From Eledone cirrhosa (taxonomy: Eukaryota): 64,000 nt of DNA. The notes under the pieces were generated by a model, which was not told where the DNA came from, did not search any database, and saw nothing but the letters and a program-made list of their open reading frames with translations. The position numbers and the translations under genes are program-made. Shown in pieces: positions 38,370-50,650 of the stretch. The first letter of the stretch is position 1. Each line of letters opens with the position of its first letter. The stretch spans positions 35,216,001-35,280,000 of the forward strand of contig OZ024744.1 of NCBI GenBank assembly GCA_964016885.1. The letters are read 5' to 3'.

Positions 38370-38625
38370 ATATATATATGTATATGCGCATGGGTGCTTG
38401 TGTATGTATATGCGCGGGGACATAGAAATAGTTGGGCTGGACACCCGATCGTGCGGTTAAACCACTGGGAGTAAAGCACCCCTAGCCCTTGTCAGGGCAT
38501 TCTACTAGGAGAAGGCAACTCAGGAAACTGGGATGCCTCTGATATAAAACCTGTGGCTCAGTAGTTACCGATGATGTTGATCTTTTCTTCTTTTCGGGTT
38601 ATAGCTACTGTCGCTCAGGGAGTGA
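38370..38625 (+). mobile_element. Partial copy of the repeat at 37018-37420
   Basis: It is a close reverse complement of about 37157-37410. Confidence 0.65.
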
Positions 38626-38816
38626 GTTTGAACTTTACACACCACCTGCCTCTTTGAGGTCAAATACCAACCCTACTACCATCTACAAACTGACCAATGA
38701 GAATCAAGACTATTCCTGCTGACAACATTAAATTATTCCTAACAAGCTCATATGTCCCAAGGCTCTGATACCATCAACACTATAAACACAGAACTGGCAT
38801 ATCTAAGAACTGACTA

Positions 38817-38872
38817 ACTGCCTGATGAGGTCATAGCCATTCAATGGCTATCATCGAAATATATATAGCAGT
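38817..38872 (+). ncRNA. Minimal type-I hammerhead ribozyme (family B)
   Basis: ACTGC-CTGATGA-GGTCATAGCCAT-TCA-ATGGCTATCATC-GAAA-TATATA-TA-GCAGT, followed by AATAAA and (TA)n about 45 bp later. Confidence 0.82.
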
Positions 38873-38913
38873 AAATAAAGGATTATAAGTTCATGCAATT
38901 GACTTACGTTTTG

Positions 38914-38917
<4 letters not shown>

Positions 38918-38952
<35 letters not shown>

Positions 38953-38970
38953 TGCCTCCATATATTGCCT

Positions 38971-39024
<54 letters not shown>

Positions 39025-39058
39025 ATATATATATATATATATAGATATATATATATAC

Positions 39059-39089
<31 letters not shown>

Positions 39090-39107
39090 CATATATATAT
39101 ATATACG

Positions 39108-39177
<70 letters not shown>

Positions 39178-39195
39178 CGTATATATATATATATG

Positions 39196-39284
<89 letters not shown>
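38918..39284. repeat. Long imperfect (TA)n tract
   Basis: Direct reading. Confidence 0.95.
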
Positions 39285-39629
39285 GGAGGCACATGGCTTA
39301 GTGGTTAGAGCATTGGCCTTGCAATCGAAAGGTTGTGAGTTCAATTCGCAGACCGTGTGATGTGTTGTTTCCTTGAGCAAGACACTTTATTTCACATTGC
39401 TCCAGTTTACTCAGCTGTAGAAATGAGATGATAGGGACTGGGTTCCCTATCATTCCACTGCAAAGTGGTCGTAGAGGTGCCATGGCAAAAAAGCACCCAG
39501 CACTCACTGTAAATGAGGTTGGTGTTAGGAAGGGCATCCAGCTGTAGAAATCAAGCCAGAATCAGTTCCCGTCCCACCCTTGCAAGCAAGGAAAAAGCGG
39601 ACGTAAAATGAAAAATGAAAAAATGAAAT
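39284..39629 (+). mobile_element. tRNA-headed SINE with RTE-derived tail
   Basis: It has A/B boxes, CCTTGAGCAAGACACTTTA, an RTE-like tail and an (ATGAAAA)n end. Confidence 0.88.
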
Positions 39630-40905
39630 ATATGTATATATACACACACACATATATATATATATGTATATTAATGAATTAATGAATACATTAATAGTAG
39701 AATACAAAGGCTAGATTTCATAACTTCTTTAATTCACAGCCCTGGCTACCAATTAGGAAACACCCTATAACACAAGCATATATATATATTTAATACACAT
39801 TCACACACTTATTTATATGAATACACACATACATATGCACGTATCTGTGTGTGTGTGTGCTTGGTTATATGTAAATGAAGTCGTTATCATCATCAAGATC
39901 TAATGTCCTTGTTCCTCATTAGTAAGGGTTGGTTGATTAAGTCAATTCTCAAGTGGAACCACTAAATTCGCAGATGGATTGGTGACTTGCATCTCACTTT
40001 TGTTCCCATGCTCTATTGTTTGTATTTTATCATATCACTTGCACTAGGACGGTTTTCATGTCCTTAATAGACTTGCAACCCTTTGTTTGGTAAGCTTTCT
40101 ATGGCTGGATGTCCTTCCCACCCAAAACCACTTTACAGTGTGTATTGGTTGCATTTATCAGGTTTTTATGTCATATAGAGTAAGGTTTATGATTATACTA
40201 TGATTATACTATTAGATCATGTTCCTTATATCCAAACAAAATTTCATAAGCATGTTAATCCTCATCTCCCCTCTCCAGCCCCCTCCACACCCCTCCCTCC
40301 GCCCCTCCTCCTCCTCATCATCATCACCTTAGAGTCTAGAAACGGCTTAAACTATCGTTCCTTTGATCTATAGGAAGGTCTAACAATATTGCGTTAGCTT
40401 TTATAAAGTCGTTTTATAGTCTTTGATTTTACAAAATAAAGAAAAATTGATACTATTTGAAATTAATTTACTCTCCATCTTTTATCCATATATTATTTAC
40501 AGACCGTACTAACAAAGCAACACTTCAGAAGCAATGTTATGCAGTATACTGCTGTGTTTCAGATGATGTCTTTTGGAGCTGAAAAAAATCATACTGACTA
40601 TGGTTATTTCACAACATTTAAGATCCAAGGCCAATGCTACCATTTAATTGGCAATTTACTTCCCCAGCCTAATAAGGAAGTTTTATGATTGTTTTGTTTA
40701 TGTCTCTCTCACACACTCACACACACATTACGGTCTCACCTCATACCAGACAACACATCCAATACAGTCCTTTTCTCTTTTATCCGTCTTCTCTTAACTG
40801 TTCTCCTAGACAAAGTCGGGTACCTCAGCTAGTACACTATACTACCCTAAGTATTGAGTACTTTGGTGCGTTATGGTCAATCTTGTTCCTTACCACTTTT
40901 CCTTC

Positions 40906-41011
<106 letters not shown>

Positions 41012-41017
41012 CAGCGT

Positions 41018-41053
<36 letters not shown>

Positions 41054-41145
41054 GAGAGAGAATCCTAACCACAGTGCCAAGCAGTTTCAACGCAAGCCAA
41101 AAACGATGATGATGACATACATCCATATATATATAGAGAGAGAGG

Positions 41146-41955
41146 TCATCATCATTGTTTATCATCTAATTTCCATGCCAGCATGGGTTACATTATGAGA
41201 GAAGTCAAATAAGGTGACCACATCTTGCTCACACAGATCTGTTTTTGGCTTGGTTTCTACATCTAGATATCCTTTCTAATATTAAACACATTACTGGACT
41301 GGGTGCTTTTTATCGTTGCACCAAAACGAACAACAGAGGTGGATTGGGTGCTTTTTTTGTTGTATCACTAGCATGATCTTCTTACAGGCTGGACTGGGCA
41401 CATTTTATTATGCCACTAGCATGATCACCTTATGAGGTGGACTGGATGATTTTGTTGTTGAGGCACCAGCCCTATCACCAAACATAGTGGGCTACAAGCT
41501 TTTGTCGTAGCAGCAGCATATGGACTATGTCCAGCTTTCTATGTTTGTATGCATGAGTTGGAGGAGTATCAGGGGTGTGTAAGGTGGGGTTTGTAGAGGG
41601 CAAATGAGTATGCAAGGTGAACATGGACAAGGTGGCTGGGTTACTTAGCTGGTAAGGGGTGAGTTACTAACACTGGGGTAGGGAGAAGATTGGTGCAGAC
41701 TAGTGTCCTCTACATGTTTTACATGTTTGTTTCATCCTGTGCACATGGGAAGGCAGTTCTTCTGCAGTACAGCATAACACCAGAGATCTCAAACCTGTGT
41801 CATCTCCTTTGAGAGGTTTAATTGTACAAGGTCAGATTTTATCCCTTCATCCCAAGTATTCCAAAGTCATCTTCCATGTACATCACATGTCCATACCACT
41901 ACAATCTTCTCTCTTGCACATAGCATCTGACCCTTTTTATGCTCGATTTTCCAAC
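41146..41955 (-). mobile_element. Old RTE 3' fragment
   Basis: It has a (CAT)n tail, decayed UTR repeats and a remnant RRLxWYGHV at about 41880-41920. Confidence 0.6.
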
Positions 41956-42350
41956 TGTTGTAAGAAATTTGTAACTGATAAAAGAGAATGGATGGAAAAT
42001 ACAGGGGCAAATTGTCATGGCACAAAATCACTCATTATTTTAATATGCATGTGCAATTCTATATCAAATTTTTACAATAAGTTTACATTTTGTGCTTAAC
42101 ACTACATGTGCTTACATGGTAAATGATTGTTAAAAGACTTAAAACAGTCATAAAAATTCTAAAAATAGCCACAGAAAATATTACACACTGGTTCATGGCA
42201 CCTACCTAAAAAAATTGTGCTGTTCTAAAATTTCTTTAAAATAAACTCTGCACAAAATCACTTTTACTTGTAAATGCTGATTACAAGCACCTGGAGATAT
42301 GATATACCTGATTGATGAAACATGGTATTAGGAAAGTCAATGGTTTAAAC

Positions 42351-43560
42351 CAGAGGTTCTCAAAGTGGGCATCTCTGGAGTGCTGGGGCCTAAGGGGTTG
42401 GTGTTTGGGAGTGTCTGTGGTAGAAATAATATAATAGTATATAGTAAAATAAAAAATATATAATATTTATTTATACATAGTATATATTTTATTATTTATT
42501 ATATATAAATAAACGATTTTATTATATACTAGCAGTAAAGCCCGGCGCTGCTCGGGGTCGCTCAGTAGCTGTGTTAAAGTTACAATGTTAAGTTTCTTTT
42601 TTGGCTTAAAAACTGTAGTGTCTACTGTGCAGACTTGCATGTGGTGTTTTTGATTAATATTCCCTCAACCAACAATATGCCTTATGAAGTTAAGAAAACA
42701 TAACGATAACCCGAATGTTATAACAAAAGAGGATGCTGGGGATAGAAACTGCACTGGTTATTTATTAACAAAGATCGAAAATGTAAACACTGCAACGCAG
42801 AGAAAAACATTAGCGTAACCAAATTATCAGTTATGTCTGTCTGCACGCCTATATCACCTCTCTGCACGACTGTCTGTCTGCACGCCTATATCACCTCTCT
42901 GCACGACTATCTGTCTGCACGCGTATATCACCTCTCTGCACGACTGTCTGTCTGCACGACTGTCTGTCTGCACGCCTAACGACGAAATATTTGCTTGTTT
43001 TACGTAGTCTTTAAATAGACTTGTTTTCAAGTAAAAATATTGTTTTAAAATGCTTTTAAATGGAAATGAAGCAAAACGGAAGCTTAGTGTTCGAACTGAT
43101 GAATTTTGCAGGTCAATATTTTGCTGGCTCGACAACTGTTCGTGTATTGTGTTAATGTCATTTTAAACGCTGAGAAAGCCAGCGTAATTTTTTACGTAAG
43201 ACGCTCAATGTAAACAGAACAAAGGGAAATAACTGATAACTTACGCTCAAAAATCGATACATTATATTCGATTTCGTCACATAGGGTGGGTCAATTTGAA
43301 ATATTTTTTTTCCGATGTCTTCGCTAGGGCTCAATGTACAAGTATAGCAATTTCGGTGCAATTCCGTCAGAGATTCTAAGAGGAGATGTGTGCCAAAAAT
43401 CGATAGACAGACAGACAACCACAGTTTTATATATATAGATTATTTACAATTTATGTGTAGGCTAGTCTCTCTGGAAATAGGGTTGGGGGGAAGATGGGGG
43501 GGGGGGGGGATTACGTGGCAGTGAGGGGGTGTGATGGCTCAAAAAGTGTGAGAACATCTG
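42351..43560. mobile_element. hAT-type MITE carrying a nested Helitron
   Basis: TIRs are CAGAGGTTCTCA / TGAGAACATCTG, with a perfect 8-bp TSD GTTTAAAC (42343-42350, 43561-43568). Confidence 0.85.
42529..43439 (-). mobile_element. Non-autonomous Helitron
   Basis: The 5' end is TCTATATATATAAAA..(GTCT)n and the 3' end has hairpin CCCGAGCAGCGCCGGG then CTAG. It is inserted between A and T without a TSD and has an internal ~39-bp tandem repeat at 42835-42978. Confidence 0.85.
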
Positions 43561-44169
43561 GTTTAAACCCTTTAACTTTTTTAATACTGAAACCATCCAT
43601 TTGTTTTAAAGAGTTCATACTTAACTCCAAAATTTCCAATATAATTTTATGTAAGAACCTTTTTTTAAGTTATGTTCTAAACATTTTGGACATGTCATCA
43701 ATGTAGTACCCTGAGGTCACTGGGTGTTGTGGATCTTACAATATACTTCCTCATCTAAATGACCCAAATGAGGTTGAAGCTTCAGCAAGTGTCCAAGGAG
43801 TATAGATACTACTGACCCCACTGGTGACTTACTTCAGCTATTACTATAGCCATCTGGATGCCTTCTCTGTTGCTTTTACATTCTTCTTCACGGCTCTTCT
43901 CTTGCTCATTACTTTTGGAAATATCAATGAAACATTATCATCCATATGCTCTCCATGAAACATTAGGATTGTTTTAATGCTCATATTTGCAAATAAGATC
44001 ACAATTTAATAGTCATGCAGGAATTTCATTGAAGAAACATAATTCATCTAAAATGTGACCAATCTTTCATCAGAGCCTCAGAAACACACCATTTTTGTGA
44101 CCCATTGCAATACCGTCACACGTATTAGAAAAGACTAATATTGTGAATTACAGGGGGAACTGGTGCAGT

Positions 44170-44797
44170 AATGCGCCAGCTTCAGCATTCGGTCACCAGA
44201 AAAAGGGAGGTAGGAGTAAAAGCCAAACCTCCTATATTCAATTTGGTGTTTGTGCCTATCCTTACCTATCGTCATAAATTGTAGGTAATGACCAAAAGAA
44301 TACGATTGTGAATGCAAGTGTCCAAAATAGGGTTCCTCAAAAGGGTATTTGGAGTATCATTACTTGATAGGGTGCATAGTTTGGAGATCAAGGATTCACT
44401 CCAGTTAGAGCTGCTACTTTTCCAAATTGAAAGATCATAGCTCCACTACTACAGATATATGGTGAGAATATCTAAAGAATAATCACTGGACAGATTTTAG
44501 AGGCAAAGTTAACTGGCAGGAGACTATGAGCTTGATGGTAGGATAACATCCACGATCTTGGTTGGTCTCACTTAAGCAATCATCAGGAGATGGTTGCTTC
44601 TGATAGGACCCTCTGAAAGATGTGTCTGAGCCTCTGCCCCATGGCAAGGAGTAGGAAGAAGAAGAAGAAGAAGAAGAAGAAGAAGAAGAAGAAGAAGAAG
44701 AAGAAGAAGAAGAAGAAGAAGAAGAAGAAGAAGAAGAAGAAGAAGAAGAAGAAGAAGAAGAAGAAGAAGAAGGAGGAGGAGGAGGAGGAGGAGGAGG
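44170..44797 (+). mobile_element. Old RTE-clade (Expander/Rex3-like) 3' fragment ending in (GAA)n(GAG)n
   Basis: The remnant reads VFVPILTY.H..VMTKR..R.Q....GFLKRVFGVSLLDRV..LLFQIERS, followed by a trinucleotide tail at 44655-44797. Confidence 0.6.
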
Positions 44798-45251
44798 GGG
44801 GGACTTGAGTAAGGGTGGGTAATGCTGCTAATAAATATATACATATATTTTTCAAAAACTGGTTTCTCTGAAGTTCTCTTCAAGTATGGTGGGAAGATTC
44901 AACTGTAAAAGCAGAGAACAAAACAAAACTGCCAATAAAACCACCACCACCACACCACTAGCACTCCCACCACCACCTACACAATTGCCCCACTCCCAAC
45001 AACAACAATACCACCAATGACATCACCACCACCTCCACCACCTACGCCACCACCACAAACATCAACACTGAATAGAATTCAAAATGAAAAGAAAAAAGAA
45101 AGGTAATGTGTGCATAGTCAAAGCAGTATTTATACAAAAAATTATAAATATTTTTAAAAAGTTAATATTTGAGATATCTCTTATCAGTATTGCCTTATTC
45201 ATATAATATAATTTGTATACACTCATTAGAACACACTGTTTCACATGGATA

Positions 45252-45310
<59 letters not shown>

Positions 45311-45313
<3 letters not shown>

Positions 45314-47023
45314 CAAAAGTACCACAGACGCTCTTTTCATTGTACGACAACTACAGGAGAAGTACCTAGCTAAAGGTAAACCCCTCTACTTAGCTTTTGT
45401 CGACTTGGAGAAAGCCTTCGACAGAGTCCCCCGCTCCATTATCTGGTGGGCTCTTAGAAAACTAGGCGTTGACGAATGGCTTGTGAGGGCTATACAAGCC
45501 ATGTATAAAGAAACAGTCAGCAAGGTTAGAATTAACAACGAATATAGTGAAGAGTTTAGCGTAAAAGTCGGCGTCCATCAGGGCTCTGTTCTCAGTCCAC
45601 TACTATTTATTATTGCCCTTCAGGCTATAACAGAGGAGTTCAAGACAGGCTGCCCATGGGAACTCCTATACGCAGACGACCTGACACTCATAGCGGAATC
45701 AATGGCCGAGCTAGAGAAGAAATTCAAACATGAAGCACGGCCTAGAGTCAAAGGGACTTAGAGTTAAAGGACTAATTAAACCTGGGCTAAGACCAAAGTA
45801 CTAGTTTGTAGGAAAGACATCTGGGAATGGTCGTGCTCGGTCGTGTAGGAAAGGGCGTTAGGTAGAAACTCCATTTTATGTCCTAAATGCAAAGTATGGG
45901 TGCATAAAAGATGTAGTGGGATCACAGGTAAGCTAACTAAGAACATAGATTTTACATGTGGCCGGTGCTCTGGTGCAATAAGTAGCAGCAAGTTGCCACA
46001 AACTACTAGCTCTTTCAATTGCGCAGAGGGTTCTATAGAAATAGTGGACAGCTTCCGTTACCTGGGCGATAAAATCAGCAGTGGGGGAGGGTGCTCTGAA
46101 AGTACAGTAGCTAGAGTCAGAACTGGTTGGAAAAAGTTCAGAGAGCTTATACCACTATTAGCTGCTAAAGGGTTCTCACTAAAAATGAAAGGCAGGTTGT
46201 ACGATGCCTGCATACGAACAGCAATGCTGCATGGCAGTGAGACCTGGGCATTGTGTGCAGAGGATATACGCAGACTAGAGAGGAACGAAGCTTGCATGCT
46301 CCGCTGGATGTGTAACAGTAATATACGTGAACGGCAAAGCATAAACGAACTAAGGAATAAATTAGAGATAAGAGGGATCAGATGTTGTTTACTCGAGAGA
46401 AGGCTACGTTGGTATGGACACGTGATGCGCATGAAAGTCGATAGCTGTATAACAAAGTGCAGGGCAATAAAGATAGACGGTAGTCACGGAATAGGCAGAC
46501 CTAGAAAAACCTGGGACGAGCTGATAAACTCCGACATCACACACTTACACCTCTCCAAGACAATGTCACTGGACCGAGACCTTTGGCGGTACTCAGTAAC
46601 AGAGAAGACCCGCCTTACCTAAATATATAGTAAAACCTACTCCAGCCAGTAGGCATCTCTAACAAAATACACCCCGTCCCACCACCCCCACCCCCACCCG
46701 ATCCACACCACCCCGTTCTATGTAAAGTTATGTTGGTGCCGCGCCATCGAGGCCGAAACAAATGAGATCGTGTAGGTGTCACGACAAAAAAACACACAGT
46801 CCACGCTGTAATGTGGCCGTGTAGGCAACACGGTAAAAACCTCCCAGACCCACACTGTAAATGTGGTTGGTGTTAGGAAGGGCATCCAACTGTAGAAAAC
46901 CTGCCAGACAGTCCTATGCGAGCAAGACAATCACTCTTGCCTCAAGTGGGACTACCCCCGTCCAAACCCATGCAAGCGTGGAACACGGACGTTAAACGTT
47001 GATGATGATGATGATGATGATGA
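45311..47023 (+). mobile_element. RTE LINE 3' half (subfamily A), flanked by (TA)n
   Basis: ORFs 45213-45761 and 45900-46622 carry RT motifs, followed by a full 3' UTR and a (GAT)n tail. Confidence 0.92.
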
Positions 47024-47038
47024 TATATATATATATAT

Positions 47039-47363
47039 ATAAAATATTAAAAAAATAATGAATAAAACAATGAAACAGTTCCTTATATTAAACAAAAAAA
47101 GTTCATTATTTAACGATCGTTTCTAGGATATATACATATATATCCTAGAAACGATCGTTAAATAATGAACTTTTTTTGTTTAATATAAGGAACTGTTTCA
47201 TTGTTTTATTCATTATTTTTTTAATATTTTATCTTGACTCTGTATTCCGTTTATCTTTCACCGAAAGTGATTTTTCATTGCATCTCTTCTTTCCATGATA
47301 TCCGGATTACATTGAGTTCTTCATACGGATTGGACACTACCGTAAACTCTTGGTAGATTTATC

Positions 47364-47366
<3 letters not shown>
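47039..47366 (+). mobile_element. Fold-back element (97-bp arms) with half-hammerhead and 3' extension, in (TA)n
   Basis: The palindrome spans 47039-47232, with GAAA-CGATCG-TT next to the centre. The terminal ~55 bp are shared with 22094-22148. Confidence 0.7.
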
Positions 47367-47407
<41 letters not shown>

Positions 47408-47539
47408 ATTCCAAAAGAAAAGCAAAGGAAAAAAGAGTGCTCTATGTATAGAATAGAGCTATTTAATTAGAAAGTGAACAACACAAAATATAACTACTCC
47501 ATTAATTACCAAAGGTTTCTGGATCACAGATGATAATAG

Positions 47540-47925
47540 TATATGGGTTGGAAGAAGTTTAGGGAGCTGCTTCCTCTGTTGACTAAGAAGGGTTTCTCCC
47601 TGCGTACGAAAGGACAGTTATATGATGCCTGTGTGAGATGCATGATGCTGCATGGTAGTGAGATATGGGCAGCAACTGCAGAAGATATGAGACAGCTGGA
47701 GAGAAATGAAGCAAGCATGGTCCATTGGATGTGCAATACCAATGTGCGTGAGCGACCAAGCATAGATAAGTTGAGAAAGAAACTGGGTATAAGAGGGATA
47801 AGTTGTGGTGTGCAGGAGAGAAGGCTGAGATGGTATTGACATGTGATGTGGATGGAGGATGGCCGCTGGGTAAAGAAGTGCCAAGAAATCCCAGTAGAAG
47901 GAAGATGCAGTAGAGGAAGACCATG
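47540..47925 (+). mobile_element. RTE fragment (C-terminal)
   Basis: Motifs are [20 protein letters not shown] and RRLRWY. Confidence 0.8.
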
Positions 47926-49685
47926 GCTATTTCCCTTACGGAATCAGAGTTTTGTCCTCTATTCTACTTACCAACACTTTAATCTTAGCTAGGTTCACAC
48001 TCAGTCCTGTTGATTCCAACTGTTGATTCCATAGTCAGAATTTATTCTCTAGCTCCTCTACTGATTCTGCTATAAGAACCAGATTGTCAGCATAGAGAAG
48101 TTCCCATGGACAGACAGTCTTAAATTCCTCTGTTATGGCTTGGAGGACTATAATGAACAAGAGCGGACTGAGAACTGAACCCTGATGTACTGCTACTTGT
48201 ATCTGGAATTCCTTACTAAACTCCATTCCTACTCTCACTTTACTGACAGCACCCCTGTACATAGCTTGCACTGTTCTCACAAGCAGTTCCTCTTCACCTA
48301 GTTTCCTTAGGGACCACCAAATGACAGATCGGGGTACCCCATCAAAGGCCTTCTCTAGATCAACAAAAGCTAAGTATAGTGGCTTATTCTTCTCTAAGAA
48401 CCTCTCTTGTAGTTGCCTCATTAAGAAGAGGGCATCTGTTGTACTTTTCCTAGGCACAAAACCAAACTGCATCTCATCTAATTTGACCCTTTCTCTAATT
48501 AGTTGCAATAATATTCTTTCTGCCACTTTCATAACCTGATCCATCAGTTTTATGCCCCTATAATTGCTCATCTCCAGAGCATCCCCTTTACCTTTGTAGC
48601 AATTTATGAGAATACTGCTGCACCAGTCTTTGGGTATGACTCCGCCATATAGAGCTTGATTGACGATGCGTGCAACCAGTTTAGCACCTACTTCTCCTGA
48701 TGCCTTCAGCATCTCAGCAACTATTCCGAATGGTCCAGTCACCTTACCATTTTTCATTTCCTTAATTGCCTTTAGGACCCTATATTCATCAATCTCAATA
48801 GCTGGTCCCTCTGTCGGGTCTATTGGGGGTAGTTTCTCTCTCTCCTATTCGTTCTCCACATTCATCAGTCTCTCAATGACATTTCCAGGCCTCCTTTTTC
48901 TGATCATTAGTGACACTAAGTACACCGGCATCATTCCGGACACACTTATCGCCAACAACATTCTGATTTATACAGACACACTGCCTTGCAATGTGGAACA
49001 CAGCACGCCTCTGATCTTCCTGTTGCAGGACATTGGCAAACCTCCTACTCTCTGCCTCCCTGCATGCTAAGTACACCTGACGTCTAGCTTGTCTCTTAGC
49101 GGCTGTGTATCGGTCTCTACTCCCACCCTTTTTCCAAGTCTTCCATGCTAGTCTTTTGTCTCTAATGGCCCTATCTGCCATGCTGTTCCACCACCATGTC
49201 ACTCTCTGTCTGGTTGGAGTTCTGCTCCAGCCACAAATTTCTTCTGTAGCCTAAGTTGTCACGTAAGAAATTCCAGTTATCATCTATGTCATATGATTCT
49301 AAATAGTCTTCTTTCACGTAATACACATCTTGAAGGGCTTTCCTAAATTTATATTTTAGTGAAAGGTCTTTTAGCTTCCTTTTCCACACCTTCCTGAATG
49401 TATCATTTTGTCTCTTGTTTATTGAGATGTCACCTACGACTAACCTATGCTGTGGGGTACATTCTTCCCCTGGTTATGCCTTAGTATTTGATACCATCTG
49501 TCTGTCTCGCTGCCTAACTAGCAAGAAGTCAATCTAGCTTATGTGCTCACCTGATTTGTAGGTTATTAGGAGGTTGGTAGGCTTCTTGAAGTTAGTGTTG
49601 CAAATGGTTAGTGCACTTGCATCACAAAAAAAGACTCACTCCTTTGTTTCTTGAGCCATAACCATGCCCACCATGTACCCCATTA
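47925..49685 (-). mobile_element. RTE LINE internal fragment (subfamily B)
   Basis: ORF 48035-48757 has RT motifs, with upstream APE remnants. Confidence 0.88.
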
Positions 49686-49689
49686 CAAA

Positions 49690-50040
49690 ACCCTGTTCCC
49701 TTATATAACTAATATAACTAATTTTACAATTAACATCTGATGAAATCATCTGTTTTGCCTCATATTTGGATGATGAAATACCTTGCTGCTATGACCAAAG
49801 AATGGTCTCTTGCCACTCTCTATTTCAGCATAATGAAATAACAGCAAAAACATTGTAAACCTTGTAGTAATCTTATTCTTTGTTCCTTTATTCACTACAC
49901 AAAAAAGACTTTTGTATTTTATCAAAAATTTTTGGTACCCTTGAAATTTATATAATAAAATAAATATGGTTTTATAAAGATAGTTTCCATTTATTAATAT
50001 TATTGATATATACATATATATATATTTATTAAAATAACAT
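49690..50040 (+). mobile_element. Decayed family A pseudo-LTR piece
   Basis: Segment 49912-50008 matches family A with the CTGATGA core deleted. A weak hammerhead-like motif lies at 49731-49815. Confidence 0.5.
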
Positions 50041-50138
50041 ATATATATCATCATCATGTTCCCACAACTGGTGCAGCCAGTCATTGGGGTGCCACTCTAG
50101 ACGCTATTGCAGCCAGTCATTGCCATTGGTTTCTATTT

Positions 50139-50650
50139 AAAGTGGACCTTGCACAATTACACCTGACAAAGGTGATGACAAAGGATTGAGATTTCTGGCA
50201 TTATGCAGTAATACAGAAGACCTGCCTTCCCATATACACAGGTTGAAGCATACATCTAGTACACACTACTTTCCCTCACCTCCCCCTCCCCCTTCCATAC
50301 ACTTCCCACATCCTAATATTCCACCCATGTCCTAACACCCCACCCCAGATCTACGTCTCCAATCCTCATGCACCTCCCCCACCCCTCCTAATGCCAACCA
50401 TTTTACAGTGTGGGTGGGGGAGGTGCATGAGGATTGGAGACTGAGGTGGGGTGTTAGGACATGGGTGGAATATTAGGATGTGGGAAGTGTATGGAAGGGG
50501 GAGGGGGAGGTGAGGGAAAGTAGTGTGTACTAGATGTATGCTTCAACCTGTGTATATGGGAAGGCAGGTCTTCTGTATTACTGCATAATGCCAGAAATCT
50601 CAATCCTTTGTCATCACCTTTGTCAGGTGTAATTGTGCAAGGTCCACTTT
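50139..50650. repeat. ~250-bp-arm inverted duplication of an RTE 3' end
   Basis: Segments 50139-50385 and 50412-50650 are near-perfect reverse complements. Confidence 0.88.

Noticed and set aside
38430-38530. Possible HDV-like ribozyme in the RTE-like repeat 5' end (GGGCTGG/CTAGCCC helix)
   Set aside because: I could not build the P1.1, P2 and P3 nested pseudoknot by eye. It needs a descriptor search.
39284-39356. tRNA gene (also 13350-13423 and 61680-61755)
   Set aside because: A and B boxes are present, but there is no clean cloverleaf and the sequence continues into a SINE body or decayed flank.
38893-39380. Long poly-(IY) ORFs (also near 22129, 40854, 44572 and 61904)
   Set aside because: They are microsatellite translations, not genes.
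43825-43915. Minus-strand candidate exon ending in GAA|GTAAGT
   Set aside because: The donor is strong, but the acceptor is weak and the peptide is unrecognised.
44010-44080. Minus-strand CTGATGA ... GAAA
   Set aside because: No consistent stem I or stem III.
45720-45860. Cluster of frameshifts in an otherwise young RTE
   Set aside because: The local run of small indels looks like low-quality consensus rather than biology.
49731-49815. CTGATGA-AATCATC..GATGAT-GAAA motif as an intact ribozyme
   Set aside because: Stem II and the core are present, but stems I and III pair poorly. It is kept only as part of a decayed cassette.
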